A DNA stretch of 64,000 bases, taken from NCBI GenBank assembly GCA_016778305.1, contig JADHPT010000009.1, forward strand, positions 5,608 through 69,607, written 5' to 3'. The DNA comes from Poseidonia sp. GTDB lineage: Archaea > Thermoplasmatota > Poseidoniia > Poseidoniales > Poseidoniaceae. Below are positions 40,982 through 50,564 of the stretch, in pieces (within the stretch, counting starts at the first letter, position 1; each line of letters opens with the position of its first letter). The position numbers and the translations under genes are program-made. The notes beneath the pieces were generated by a model. The model worked only from the letters and a program-made list of their open reading frames with translations. It did no database searches and had not been told where the DNA came from.

Positions 40982-43900
40982 TTATTCTTGTTCGGTAGAA
41001 CTTCCAATTCCCTGAGCCAATTTCTCGTCTGAAAAGGGCGGATACGACCCTTCTTGACCGCTAGACGAGGCATTCAATACCCGAAAGCCCCGTGCAACAG
41101 CAAAGCCCAACAACATACCAATTATTCCGATCAACACCATTGGTTGAATGGTTACACTTGCGTCGTCTGACACGGGAGCGGGCTCGTCATCATGCATGGG
41201 ATTGTTCCATGTGAATGAAAGGTTCTCGCGAGCGACGGTCGTGATCGGTGGCTGAACGGCTGCGGGCGACCCATTTGTTGTCTCGATCGTCACAGCTATT
41301 TCGTAGGTTGTCGATTGGAGGTAATACGGGGGCAAATCATTCGGAATACTCCAGGTACACCGATGCAGAACCCCCGGCTGTAATGCGATTCCGCTGCAAG
41401 CGAATACAGAAAGATTCGTCTGGTTGGTGAAACGAACTGTAAAATTGGAAACATAACCGTCGCCATCATCATCTACAACACGCCAAGCAACGGAGAGATT
41501 GTCGGTAATGGTGCTGTTATCTTGGGGCGCTTCCACGACAACGAGAAGAGGGGCCTGATCGATGGGGTAACATCCCGATCCGTCCACGGGCCAAGCAAGG
41601 TCGTCGGTCAAGCACGCATCATCGGGGTCGGCCACACCGTCACCATCTGTGTCATCGATACAACCATCCACATTGGCATCAAAGCCACGGGCATCTTCTT
41701 CCGGGCAAAAATCGTCCAGGTTGTGGACGCCATCTCCATCGTCATCGTCAAGGCAACCATCATCGTTGAGGTCAGCAAGACTTGCATTCTCCATCGGGCA
41801 AGCATCGTCGATATTGTTGACTCCGTCCCCGTCCCCGTCCATGTGGTCATCCGAGTCGCGCTCAACACCGCTGACGACAAGAGCAAAGCCAACGGCATCT
41901 CCATCAAGGCCAACAGAACCTGGAGTTCCACCAGGCACGACATAGCGGGCTGCAACCTCAACCTCGATGAAGCGGGAACCATTGATCAGTGATGCGGGAA
42001 TATCAATCCCGAAGGTGGTCTCGTTGCTTTGGGGGAAGAGCGAGGTATTGCCGAGATCGACCACACTTCCGTAAAATGAAGTGGGAGCCCCATCACCCTG
42101 AATACGATCGGCAACCATGACACTCCCATCATCCAGTCGAACCCGGAGTTGGAGATCATCAACAAGCGCAGGCTGCGCTTTGGCGGGATAGGCCAAGCGG
42201 ACCCGTACGGATTCGTTGTCAAGAGGAGTAAAGCGGTGCGTGAATGCATCTCCGGTTTGCAAAAAGGGGCCTGAGGCGCCTTGACCGAACCAAGGGTTTT
42301 GTTCAAAAGCACTCAATCCCCTATCGTTTTCAGCATATTCATTGAACCAATCATTGACGGTGGTATTGTGCAATCGATAACTGTCGTGTGCCCAGAGATG
42401 AGCTCCCGGAGACTGGCCATCGGTCAACGACGTCGTGTCAACCAGCGTGCTTAGGTTGAGCACTCCCCACCCGTCATAGGGGTTGTGGAGAGCGTTGGAA
42501 ACATCCCCTCCGGATCGGAATTCATTGTCAAGCGGGGTCGTGGATAACGCCAGCGTAGCCCGTAGGAGCGCTCCTGATGGCGTAAAGCCAGATCCGAGGG
42601 CGACGCTTCGAACATCTGGAACTGCCCATTCAGGTTGAATATCGCTCAAGTTGACATGTGTTGTCGGCTCCCAAGGGCCGTGTATCCACCCGTCTTCGTA
42701 GAGCTGCTGGATGATCCCAGCACTTCCCGCAGCTAAGGGGGTGGCCATACTGGTTCCAGAAGAAAGCCTCAACCCGTCGTTGTTGGTGTCCCAGAAACCA
42801 TCGCCATTCGCTGACTGAATATTTTTTCCGGGCGCGAGGAGGAAGACGCCATCAGTACCTTCCTCGGTCGGCCCGTAGGCGGTTGAACCCCACCGTTCGG
42901 GAGAGGAATCCTTCGTACTTGCACTCACGGCAACAACATTTCTCCCGTTAGCTGGCTCAAGAATTCCTTGCCCCCCATTTCCAGGGGCGATGAAAGCGAG
43001 CGACCAAGGCATCGCTCGAGCATAACTATCGAAGTGACCGGTACGCTCTGTATAAGCGGTGGTATCGTCGCCCCAAGAATTGGAATGGATCACTGCACCG
43101 TGCACACTTGCTTCATACAGCAGTTCATCGACATTCGGGGGCGACCATCCGCTCTCGTTCACAATGTCCTGAACCACGAGCCGTGCACCATGAGCGAGGG
43201 TACTCCCGTTGGCTGGCTCAGCACCGGTTCGCTGGCTCTGTACGTCTCGACAGCCAAGAGAAGCAACAACGTGGGTGCCGTGTCTGTAATCGCTCTGTCC
43301 GGGGGTGTCGTTTCCATCAATGGTGTCGTTGAGGAATATGATTTTCCGATGTGATTCACCAAAAATTCCGACAGCAGGATAGGGCGCACCCTCTTCTGCG
43401 TGCAAGGAGGTATCTTGTGTTGCGTTGCGAAAACAGGCATGGTCGGCGTCAATTCCACTGTCGGCTACGCCGAGAACGATTCCGGAACCGTCCAAGCCGA
43501 AGGTCCAGAGAGGATGGGATGAAAATACCCCGTCCTGGAGCAGGGCACTCGCTTGGGCGTTTCTCGCTTTCGTGGTAAGAACAGGCTCAATCCACAAGAC
43601 GCCATCCAAGCCCAGCAACCTTTCAACAACCGAACGTGAGCCGACGCTCAAGTGTACTGAAGTAGGCAATACCGATTCAACAAGGGCAACGCTCTCTATT
43701 AGTTCGGCATCGAGGAATGAAAGAGAAGCAATGACCTCCTCTTTGACAAGAAGGGGAAGGTTCGGTTCAAAGACGAGACGAATATCACTCCAACCTCTAT
43801 CATCCAACCCTCCTTTCCAGACTGCATCGTCGAATGGAATCACTTCAACATAAGAAGGAAGGACTGACTGCGTTGGATGCCAAACCAACAACGTCTCAGG

Positions 43901-44092
43901 ACTTACAACTCGCAGTGGGACAACGCCGTGTTGCTCCATCTCCTCCCAAGCCTGCGAAGTCCATACCGCTTGGTCGAGCCGCAGTAATTTTTCTTCTCCG
44001 CCGATATCCGGTTTGGGCATGTAAGCGGGCGTTTGGAGGCCCGAGGCGAGGGGGAGCACGAACAGGAGAACGAGCCACCATGCCGTGCGCAT
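40982..44092 (-). CDS. secreted S8 subtilisin-like peptidase with thrombospondin type 3 repeats and C-terminal membrane anchor
   Basis: Catalytic triad motifs ADSGID, HGTHV and SGTSMATP; HSNSWG; DxDGDGV..D.CP repeats; C-terminal TM helix. Confidence 0.92.
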   Translation of the reverse strand: MRTAWWLVLLFVLPLASGLQTPAYMPKPDIGGEEKLLRLDQAVWTSQAWEEMEQHGVVPLRVVSPETLLVWHPTQSVLPSYVEVIPFDDAVWKGGLDDRGWSDIRLVFEPNLPLLVKEEVIASLSFLDAELIESVALVESVLPTSVHLSVGSRSVVERLLGLDGVLWIEPVLTTKARNAQASALLQDGVFSSHPLWTFGLDGSGIVLGVADSGIDADHACFRNATQDTSLHAEEGAPYPAVGIFGESHRKIIFLNDTIDGNDTPGQSDYRHGTHVVASLGCRDVQSQRTGAEPANGSTLAHGARLVVQDIVNESGWSPPNVDELLYEASVHGAVIHSNSWGDDTTAYTERTGHFDSYARAMPWSLAFIAPGNGGQGILEPANGRNVVAVSASTKDSSPERWGSTAYGPTEEGTDGVFLLAPGKNIQSANGDGFWDTNNDGLRLSSGTSMATPLAAGSAGIIQQLYEDGWIHGPWEPTTHVNLSDIQPEWAVPDVRSVALGSGFTPSGALLRATLALSTTPLDNEFRSGGDVSNALHNPYDGWGVLNLSTLVDTTSLTDGQSPGAHLWAHDSYRLHNTTVNDWFNEYAENDRGLSAFEQNPWFGQGASGPFLQTGDAFTHRFTPLDNESVRVRLAYPAKAQPALVDDLQLRVRLDDGSVMVADRIQGDGAPTSFYGSVVDLGNTSLFPQSNETTFGIDIPASLINGSRFIEVEVAARYVVPGGTPGSVGLDGDAVGFALVVSGVERDSDDHMDGDGDGVNNIDDACPMENASLADLNDDGCLDDDDGDGVHNLDDFCPEEDARGFDANVDGCIDDTDGDGVADPDDACLTDDLAWPVDGSGCYPIDQAPLLVVVEAPQDNSTITDNLSVAWRVVDDDGDGYVSNFTVRFTNQTNLSVFACSGIALQPGVLHRCTWSIPNDLPPYYLQSTTYEIAVTIETTNGSPAAVQPPITTVARENLSFTWNNPMHDDEPAPVSDDASVTIQPMVLIGIIGMLLGFAVARGFRVLNASSSGQEGSYPPFSDEKLAQGIGSSTEQE

Positions 44093-44191
44093 GGCTTTGC
44101 CAGCCTTGCGGTTTGCCTCAAACTATCGGTGAAGTGTTTGCCAGATATCGCGCCAGCGCGTTTAAGGATGGATGGCAGGTCGGACGGCTTG

Positions 44192-44464
44192 ATGAAGGCC
44201 TACCGAGTTTCTGGAACGGCACCCTTTGGAAGCCAACGACAAGCATTTTCCTTTGATATCCCAGCGGAAAATGAAGACGGTGCAACACACCACGCGTATT
44301 CAATCCTCGGGTCACGGCATCGCATCGGCCGCCGCATGGTCAAGATCGAGTCGATATCTGAAATCGACCCACGCACCTCGACAGAAGCAAAAGTTCTCCA
44401 CCACTTCCGCGAACAAATCGCTGCACAAGGTGGCACCATCGCCCCTACTGCCGAGGAAGAGTGA
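44192..44464 (+). CDS. rplX: 50S ribosomal protein L18Ae/LX
   Basis: MKAYRVSG...AYSILGSRH..R..VKIESISEI; canonical position upstream of prefoldin alpha and ftsY. Confidence 0.88.
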   Translation: MKAYRVSGTAPFGSQRQAFSFDIPAENEDGATHHAYSILGSRHRIGRRMVKIESISEIDPRTSTEAKVLHHFREQIAAQGGTIAPTAEEE

Positions 44465-44513
44465 AGTCGCCACCGCCTTCTTCTACCCTGAGGTGTTGGG
44501 AGGTCTGAAGACG

Positions 44514-45083
44514 ATGGTTGACAGAAATCAATTGCAACAACACGCCCGTGAGGTTGAAGCCCTCCGCAAGCGATTTGATGAAATCAACCTCCGGCTCGAA
44601 CAAGTAGACACCGTCCTTGCAGAGCATGCCATCACCACCTCCGTGCTTTCAGCGCTGACTGCACCGTCTGACAAAGCGTCGATTTCGACGCATCTTCCAA
44701 TCGGTTCGGGCGTGAGCCTCCCCTATCGCCATACTGGAACAAAGGAAGGCACCGCTCTGGTTGACCTGGGAGCCGGGGTCTTTGGAGAACGCCCATGGTC
44801 GGACGCTCATGCCATCACCGACCAGCGCCGACAGGATATCCAACAGTTGAGAGATGAATTGAAAGGTCAAGCCGACCAAACTGAAGCAAGCCTTGCCGAA
44901 GTGGCTCAGAAATTCAACACGCTTGCGGAAACACTCCAATCTCAAGCTGCGCCACCCCCGGCCATGAATTCAGCCCCAACTTCAGTACCTCAAGAGGAAG
45001 AACAGCCTCCCCAAGAACAACCCCCACAGCGCCGACAGCGCAAACGGGGGATGTTTGGTAACAATTTGACATTGGATGATTGA
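44514..45083 (+). CDS. pfdA: prefoldin subunit alpha (divergent, C-terminally extended)
   Basis: Coiled coil - LPIGSG..ALVDLGAGVFGE - coiled coil; synteny with rplX and ftsY. Confidence 0.8.
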   Translation: MVDRNQLQQHAREVEALRKRFDEINLRLEQVDTVLAEHAITTSVLSALTAPSDKASISTHLPIGSGVSLPYRHTGTKEGTALVDLGAGVFGERPWSDAHAITDQRRQDIQQLRDELKGQADQTEASLAEVAQKFNTLAETLQSQAAPPPAMNSAPTSVPQEEEQPPQEQPPQRRQRKRGMFGNNLTLDD

Positions 45084-45092
45084 GGGAAGACC

Positions 45093-46475
45093 ATGGGCCT
45101 GTTTGATCGATTCAGAAAACGTATTCATGAGGTTGCGGATGAAACCGATCAAGACGCTCTTTCCGTCGATGCGTCTTCAGAGGAGGCCAAAGAATTGCTT
45201 CAGCCGCCTCAGGCAGCCCAATCTGAAGATGAATGGGATGATCTTGAGGAAGTTGAACCTCTTCGGGAGGCGAAGCCAGAAGGGAATACCGATGATGATT
45301 GGGATACTTGGGACGATGACGAACCGATTGTACCGGTCACATTGACGAAAAAAGAACGTAAATTACTCGAACGTCAAGAACGCGAACGAAAGAAAGCAGC
45401 AGCCCAAGCAAAAAAAGCCATGAAAAAACGCGGGGCGGTCGAAATGGCACGCCCAAAAGGCTCCAAAGTGGACTTGAGTATGATGCGAACCACCACGGGC
45501 AGACAACTCGTTGAGGTTAAACAAGCACCGAAAGGGTCCAGTAAAACTGCTACGATTGAATTTGAACAAGGATCAACCGTGGATATTGACCTCGGCGGAG
45601 GTGTCGTTAGTGAAGGCGGGCGCATCATCAAACCCGGACAAGGGCTGGATGATTTACTTGAGGAACTCGAATGGGCACTCCTTGAATCTGATATTTCCCA
45701 ACAAGCCACCAGCGCCATCATAGATAGTTTACGAAAGGCCCTTGTTGGGGCGCGGCTCCGCAAAGGAGCAGACCTCTCCAAAGTCCTCGAAGCAGCCCTC
45801 AAACGTGCCCTTCACACCCTTCTACAAGCAGGTTATTGGGACTTTGATGCCTCGGTGAAGGCCTTCGTTGAGAAGGGCGATCTTCCAGTTGTCATCATGC
45901 TCGTTGGGGTAAATGGAACGGGCAAGACCACGACGGCTGCTAAAATCGCCCAACGGTTGTTGAATAACGGCTTGAGTGTGATTGCAGCGGCTGGAGATAC
46001 CTTCCGTGCTGGCGCCATCCAACAACTTGAGTCCCACTGCGAACGCCTTGGTATCCGCTGTGTTTCAAGCCAACGGGGCGGCGACTCAGCCGCTATTGCC
46101 CGAGACGCCATCGATAGTGCGAAGGCGAAGGGGATTGATGTCGTACTGGTTGATACAGCCGGGCGCATGCAGAACAAAACGAATTTGATGAATGAATTGA
46201 ATAAAGTTCGAAAGGTCACCAATCCTCACCTCACCCTCTTCGTTGGAGACTCCCTGGCAGGAAATGACGCCGTCGAACAAGCGAAAATGTTCCAGGAGAT
46301 CATGCGCTTTGACGGCGCGGTGTTAACGAAAATGGATACCGATGCAAAAGGCGGAGCTGGACTGTCCATCGCGTTTGCAACCGGGCGCCCAATCGTGTTT
46401 GTTGGCGTCGGCCAAAATTACGAGGACTTGCTTCAATTCGACCCCCAATGGTTACTTGACCAACTCTTCGAGTGA
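45093..46475 (+). CDS. ftsY: signal recognition particle receptor FtsY
   Basis: GVNGTGKTT, DTFRAGA, DTAGR and TKMDTDAKGG motifs; acidic N-domain. Confidence 0.96.
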   Translation: MGLFDRFRKRIHEVADETDQDALSVDASSEEAKELLQPPQAAQSEDEWDDLEEVEPLREAKPEGNTDDDWDTWDDDEPIVPVTLTKKERKLLERQERERKKAAAQAKKAMKKRGAVEMARPKGSKVDLSMMRTTTGRQLVEVKQAPKGSSKTATIEFEQGSTVDIDLGGGVVSEGGRIIKPGQGLDDLLEELEWALLESDISQQATSAIIDSLRKALVGARLRKGADLSKVLEAALKRALHTLLQAGYWDFDASVKAFVEKGDLPVVIMLVGVNGTGKTTTAAKIAQRLLNNGLSVIAAAGDTFRAGAIQQLESHCERLGIRCVSSQRGGDSAAIARDAIDSAKAKGIDVVLVDTAGRMQNKTNLMNELNKVRKVTNPHLTLFVGDSLAGNDAVEQAKMFQEIMRFDGAVLTKMDTDAKGGAGLSIAFATGRPIVFVGVGQNYEDLLQFDPQWLLDQLFE

Positions 46476-46513
46476 AGCGTAGGACAAAAAGACCTCCACC
46501 CACAGGGAGCCTC

Positions 46514-46894
46514 ATGGCCGATATGTTTGCAGACGAAGACTCCGCCCGTTTTTTTCAGATGATTCAAATGCTGCAACGCTCAACAATGTTGCACATGGGC
46601 TACCTTCCAGATCAAGAAGGGAAGTTCCATTACGATCTTCTTGAAGCAAAAGAAGGGATTGAAGTCATACGAATGTTTCAGAAGAAAACAGACGGAAACC
46701 TCAACGCCCAGGAAGTTCAATTGCTACGAACTGTGATCAGCGAACTCCAAATGCAATTCACCAAAGCGCCACAACTTCACCGGGAACGTCAAAGCGAACA
46801 AACCCAAAGCGACGTCATCCGAGAAACCTTCTCTCAACCTCAAGACGGCCCCATTGAGGACCTTTCAACATCGATAGATGAAGGCGAAGAATAG
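46514..46894 (+). CDS. DUF1844-like protein
   Basis: F..MI..L....MLHMG..P....DL.EAK..I......KT.GNL...E..LL...ISELQM.F pattern. Confidence 0.75.
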   Translation: MADMFADEDSARFFQMIQMLQRSTMLHMGYLPDQEGKFHYDLLEAKEGIEVIRMFQKKTDGNLNAQEVQLLRTVISELQMQFTKAPQLHRERQSEQTQSDVIRETFSQPQDGPIEDLSTSIDEGEE

Positions 46895-46938
46895 CGGTTG
46901 TTTGATGTGCAAGAACATCCTGCGAGGAATTGATTGGT

Positions 46939-47601
46939 ATGGGACTCGTGACAGAAGTTGATGACGAAGGAGCACCTACCGTGCTCATCGTTGACAACAA
47001 CCCAATGTCGAGTCTACGCCTTTCAAATTTATTCAAAGCACGTAATTTCATCATCGAACATTGTGAGGATGGCGACCAAGCCGTTGACGAATACATCCGC
47101 CTCGATCCAGAACTCGTCGTTCTCTCCCTTGACATTCCGTCCTTGGACGGACATCTAGCGGCGCTTGAAATGCGAGAGCACGGCGGCGAACAACGCATTG
47201 TATTCGTTGCGCCAGCAAGGATGGCTGACGTAGCCAACGATGCTGCATTTTCTGCAGGAGCAGTGGCTTGGCTTCAAAAACCGATCTCGAACGAGACCCT
47301 TGAGTCACAGTGGCGCAAGATTCTCGGCAGGATCCCCGACGCTCCAGGGCTTGAAGACTTGGATGAACTCTATCCGGGCGATCGTGTCAAACCAGAAGCA
47401 GATGAAGGCCCGATGCCGGGACTCCCACTACCATTGCCGATGCCGGTTGGAGGACTTCCGTTGCCACTTCCCGAACTTGTTGTCGCAGAAGTAGCTGCAC
47501 CAGTCAAGAAAAAAAGTCGTAAAAAGTGGGTGTTTGCTCTTCTCATTCTGGCTGTTGCAGCCGCTGGAGCAGCGTACGGTTTGGGCTATATCTCGCTTTG
47601 A
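46939..47601 (+). CDS. atypical response-regulator receiver domain with proline-rich linker and C-terminal TM anchor
   Basis: VLIVDNN, DGDQAV, PELVVLSLDIP.LDG and AGAVAWLQKP; KKKSRKK followed by a hydrophobic tail. Confidence 0.8.
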   Translation: MGLVTEVDDEGAPTVLIVDNNPMSSLRLSNLFKARNFIIEHCEDGDQAVDEYIRLDPELVVLSLDIPSLDGHLAALEMREHGGEQRIVFVAPARMADVANDAAFSAGAVAWLQKPISNETLESQWRKILGRIPDAPGLEDLDELYPGDRVKPEADEGPMPGLPLPLPMPVGGLPLPLPELVVAEVAAPVKKKSRKKWVFALLILAVAAAGAAYGLGYISL

Positions 47602-47720
47602 GTAATGCAATTGAGCAACCACGCATGGAAACCCATCGTCATCTTTTCTTGGTTCAAGACAGGGTGGGAACATCATTGGGGATTGTGAGTTTCCTCATCC
47701 GTCCAAGCGAATAACTTCAG

Positions 47721-50468
47721 TTATCGGTTCTTGAGGTATTCTTCACCGTAGTACGCCCACTGTTCCATGCTCCATCCAGCAGGCAAGCCTTCTGCGGGGA
47801 GTGGAGGCATTGCCGGTGGCGCTTGAGGCTGGAGGGGGGCCATCGGAGCGATAGCAGGCAACTGTGTGGGAGTTGCATCGAATCCAGTTGAAAGCGAGGA
47901 TCGCTTTCGTCCAAAGAAGAGGAGAACACCCACCAACATGAGCAAGAGGGGCACACCGACATACAGAAGCATGCTATTGACGTCACCTTCCTCTTCTACA
48001 TGTTTTGATGCGTCCATGGGGTAAACGTCAACATCGTCGGACCAACCGTCACCATCGCCATCCAAGCAGCCTTTTCGGTCTTCAAAGGATGTTCCAGATT
48101 CTTCAGGGCAGTCATCGGAGAGATTGGTTCCCTGTTGGTCGGCGTAACCGTCTCCGTCAGTGTCTGACCAGAGCAAGGGGGCGTCATCGTATGCGTCCAG
48201 GCGGTTTTCCCACCCGTCTCCGTCTGAGTCAGGACATCCAAAACTCTGCTGCGATGAGAGCCCGTAGAGGCCAGGGCAACTGTCGGGCATCACCCCGTCT
48301 GCATTCTCGCCGTAACCATCACCATCAGCGTCTTCGTGCTGGGTTGCTTCATTTGGGAATGCGTCGTTAAGGTCCGACCACCCGTCTCCGTCAGTATCAG
48401 CGCAACCGAAGCGGTCTTCAGTAGAACTACCGAAGACTGCAGGACAGGCATCTGGTTGGAAACCTGTCAGGGAATCTCCGTACCCGTCTCCATCACCGTC
48501 GGCATGTTGAGAGGCAAGGGTTGGAAAAGCATCGTTGAGGTCTGACCACCCGTCTCCGTCAGCATCAGCGCAACCGAAGCGGTCAGCAGTGGAGGTGCCG
48601 GCAGTTTGAGCACACCCGTCTCCTTCAAAACCGTCGGGGTTATCTCCATATCCGTCTTCATCAGCATCGAACCACTGTGTTGGTTCGGTGGGGAATTCAT
48701 CTGTTGAGTCGCTGTAGCCATCGTTGTCAAAGTCGGCGCAACCCAAGGCATCTCCTAACGAACTCGTTCCGGGAACGAGTGGACAATCATCCACGTCATC
48801 CATGGTTCCGTCGTTATCGTCATCGAGATCTTCACCAGCATCTTCACAACCATCCCGGTCAATGTCATTGCCCACATAGGAAGTAAATGAAGGAGGGCTC
48901 ATCGGACAGAGATCGCTTCCCGCAGCCGAGACCGTGCAGGCCCAACCATCATCCAAGTCACTTGCGTCACAGATGCGATCGTTGTCGTCATCAACGTCTT
49001 CACCAGCATCCTCGCATCCATCCCCGTCATAATCAGTAGACGTGGAGGACTGCCATCCAAGTGCGCCAAGCGCACACAAATCGATTTGATCATTCATGCC
49101 GTCGTTATCGTCATCTTGGTCCTCCGCAGCATCGTGGCAACCGTCGGCGTCATGATCGGTTGAGATTGAAGCGGTCCAATTGCTATGTCCGACGGCACAA
49201 TCATCGTTGAGGTCAAGAACGCCGTCGTTGTCGTCATCATCATCACACGCATCGCCGTATGCATCCCCGTCACGGTCGAGCTGAAACGGGTTGGGTGTTG
49301 CTGGACAATTGTCGACTTCGTTACCGACGCCATCGCCATCATCGTCCTCGTAGGGGTCGATGCGTACCACTTCGTTTTGGGCATTATCGACGTAGAAAAG
49401 ATGGCCTTGCGGACCGACTTCAAGACCCATAATCGAGGTCGCAGTTGTTTGAATTTTATCAAGGAAAGTAGCGCTTTTTCCGTCCGCAGCAAGTTCGTAA
49501 GCAGCAATTTTACCATTTCCGTTTTCAGAGATGAAAAGTTGTCCATCGGCCAGAGCAATCCCTGAAGGAATGTTAAGGCCAGTAGCGAGAACTCCCCACT
49601 CTACTCCGGTAATTCGAGAATATTCAGCAAGCGGCTCAAGGCGAGAAGCGTCGTTCATGATGTTCGCCTTATTGGTAGATGGGTCGTCGGTGTTGACCCA
49701 AACAACGCGATTAGCACCCGCATCAGCGATGTAAAGGATTCCCGTATCCTTGTCCATGATCATGTGACCTGGCTTGCCCATGAAGTGGGAGAGTTGAATT
49801 TCAGAATACCTGTGGACGACGGCGTCCGAATGGTCGTCTTGTCCTGTATCATGGTCCTCTTTGAAATCGTAACGGACCAGCTCACCATAATATCCGTCGT
49901 TGTACCAGTAGACGTTATCGTAGTCGTGTGCGATTCCAACACCGTAGGGTGATTCGTGATTCATGTCAATGTGGCTCCCGAGTAAACCATTGCCGTTGTT
50001 CTGGTTTTCAACGGCATAGTGGTCCAGGGAAGACGGCCAAAGTGCTGGACCCATGAAGTTGTTCGCAGCTCCTTGACCACAATATGTATTGACACTTTCT
50101 TGGGCCGAGCCCCACATCCAATCGAATTCTTCGTCGTACGCTCCAAAGGCGATAGCACTGACTTCTTCAAGGAAATGGTTGCTGTTGGAATCTTCCCGAT
50201 TTTGTGAAGTTTGATTGGCAAGTCCCGTGTTCTCAACGATGGTGATGCTGTCTGTTCCACGATTGGCAATCCAAAGTTCATTGGTTCTTCCAGGATGGAA
50301 TTCCAAGTCCCGGGGGCTGGAGAGGTCATCGGAAGCATCGGCAATAACGACTTCATTGAAGCCAACACCGAACTTCTCAACGGGATCAGACTCGCCTTCT
50401 GCAGTCGCGTATGACGGAAGGGAAAGGAGGAGGACGATGAGCACAGAAATGGCGACTTGCTTCTTCAT
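47721..50468 (-). CDS. cell-surface protein with N-terminal beta-propeller, thrombospondin type 3 repeats and TM anchor
   Basis: Signal peptide; PRDLEFHP...ELWIAN propeller-like region; many DxDGDG..D..DxCP repeats; TM helix; Pro-rich tail. Confidence 0.85.
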   Translation of the reverse strand: MKKQVAISVLIVLLLSLPSYATAEGESDPVEKFGVGFNEVVIADASDDLSSPRDLEFHPGRTNELWIANRGTDSITIVENTGLANQTSQNREDSNSNHFLEEVSAIAFGAYDEEFDWMWGSAQESVNTYCGQGAANNFMGPALWPSSLDHYAVENQNNGNGLLGSHIDMNHESPYGVGIAHDYDNVYWYNDGYYGELVRYDFKEDHDTGQDDHSDAVVHRYSEIQLSHFMGKPGHMIMDKDTGILYIADAGANRVVWVNTDDPSTNKANIMNDASRLEPLAEYSRITGVEWGVLATGLNIPSGIALADGQLFISENGNGKIAAYELAADGKSATFLDKIQTTATSIMGLEVGPQGHLFYVDNAQNEVVRIDPYEDDDGDGVGNEVDNCPATPNPFQLDRDGDAYGDACDDDDDNDGVLDLNDDCAVGHSNWTASISTDHDADGCHDAAEDQDDDNDGMNDQIDLCALGALGWQSSTSTDYDGDGCEDAGEDVDDDNDRICDASDLDDGWACTVSAAGSDLCPMSPPSFTSYVGNDIDRDGCEDAGEDLDDDNDGTMDDVDDCPLVPGTSSLGDALGCADFDNDGYSDSTDEFPTEPTQWFDADEDGYGDNPDGFEGDGCAQTAGTSTADRFGCADADGDGWSDLNDAFPTLASQHADGDGDGYGDSLTGFQPDACPAVFGSSTEDRFGCADTDGDGWSDLNDAFPNEATQHEDADGDGYGENADGVMPDSCPGLYGLSSQQSFGCPDSDGDGWENRLDAYDDAPLLWSDTDGDGYADQQGTNLSDDCPEESGTSFEDRKGCLDGDGDGWSDDVDVYPMDASKHVEEEGDVNSMLLYVGVPLLLMLVGVLLFFGRKRSSLSTGFDATPTQLPAIAPMAPLQPQAPPAMPPLPAEGLPAGWSMEQWAYYGEEYLKNR
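48364..48584. repeat. intragenic direct repeat with 168-bp period (thrombospondin type 3 units)
   Basis: GACCACCCGTCTCCGTCAGyATCAGCGCAACCGAAGCGGTC recurs 168 bp apart and encodes DRFGCADxDGDGWSDLND. Confidence 0.85.
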
Positions 50469-50564
50469 ACGCACGGGCCATGTAGAATTGACTTTTGATA
50501 TGTTGGTTTGTTTGCCCACGACAAAGAATGGCTTGCTATGCGAGCAATCACCCAACAATAACCC

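Noticed and set aside
48000-49350. Periodic repeats as a possible CRISPR array
   Set aside because: The repeats are in-frame, degenerate at codon third positions and encode thrombospondin type 3 motifs; no cas genes are present.
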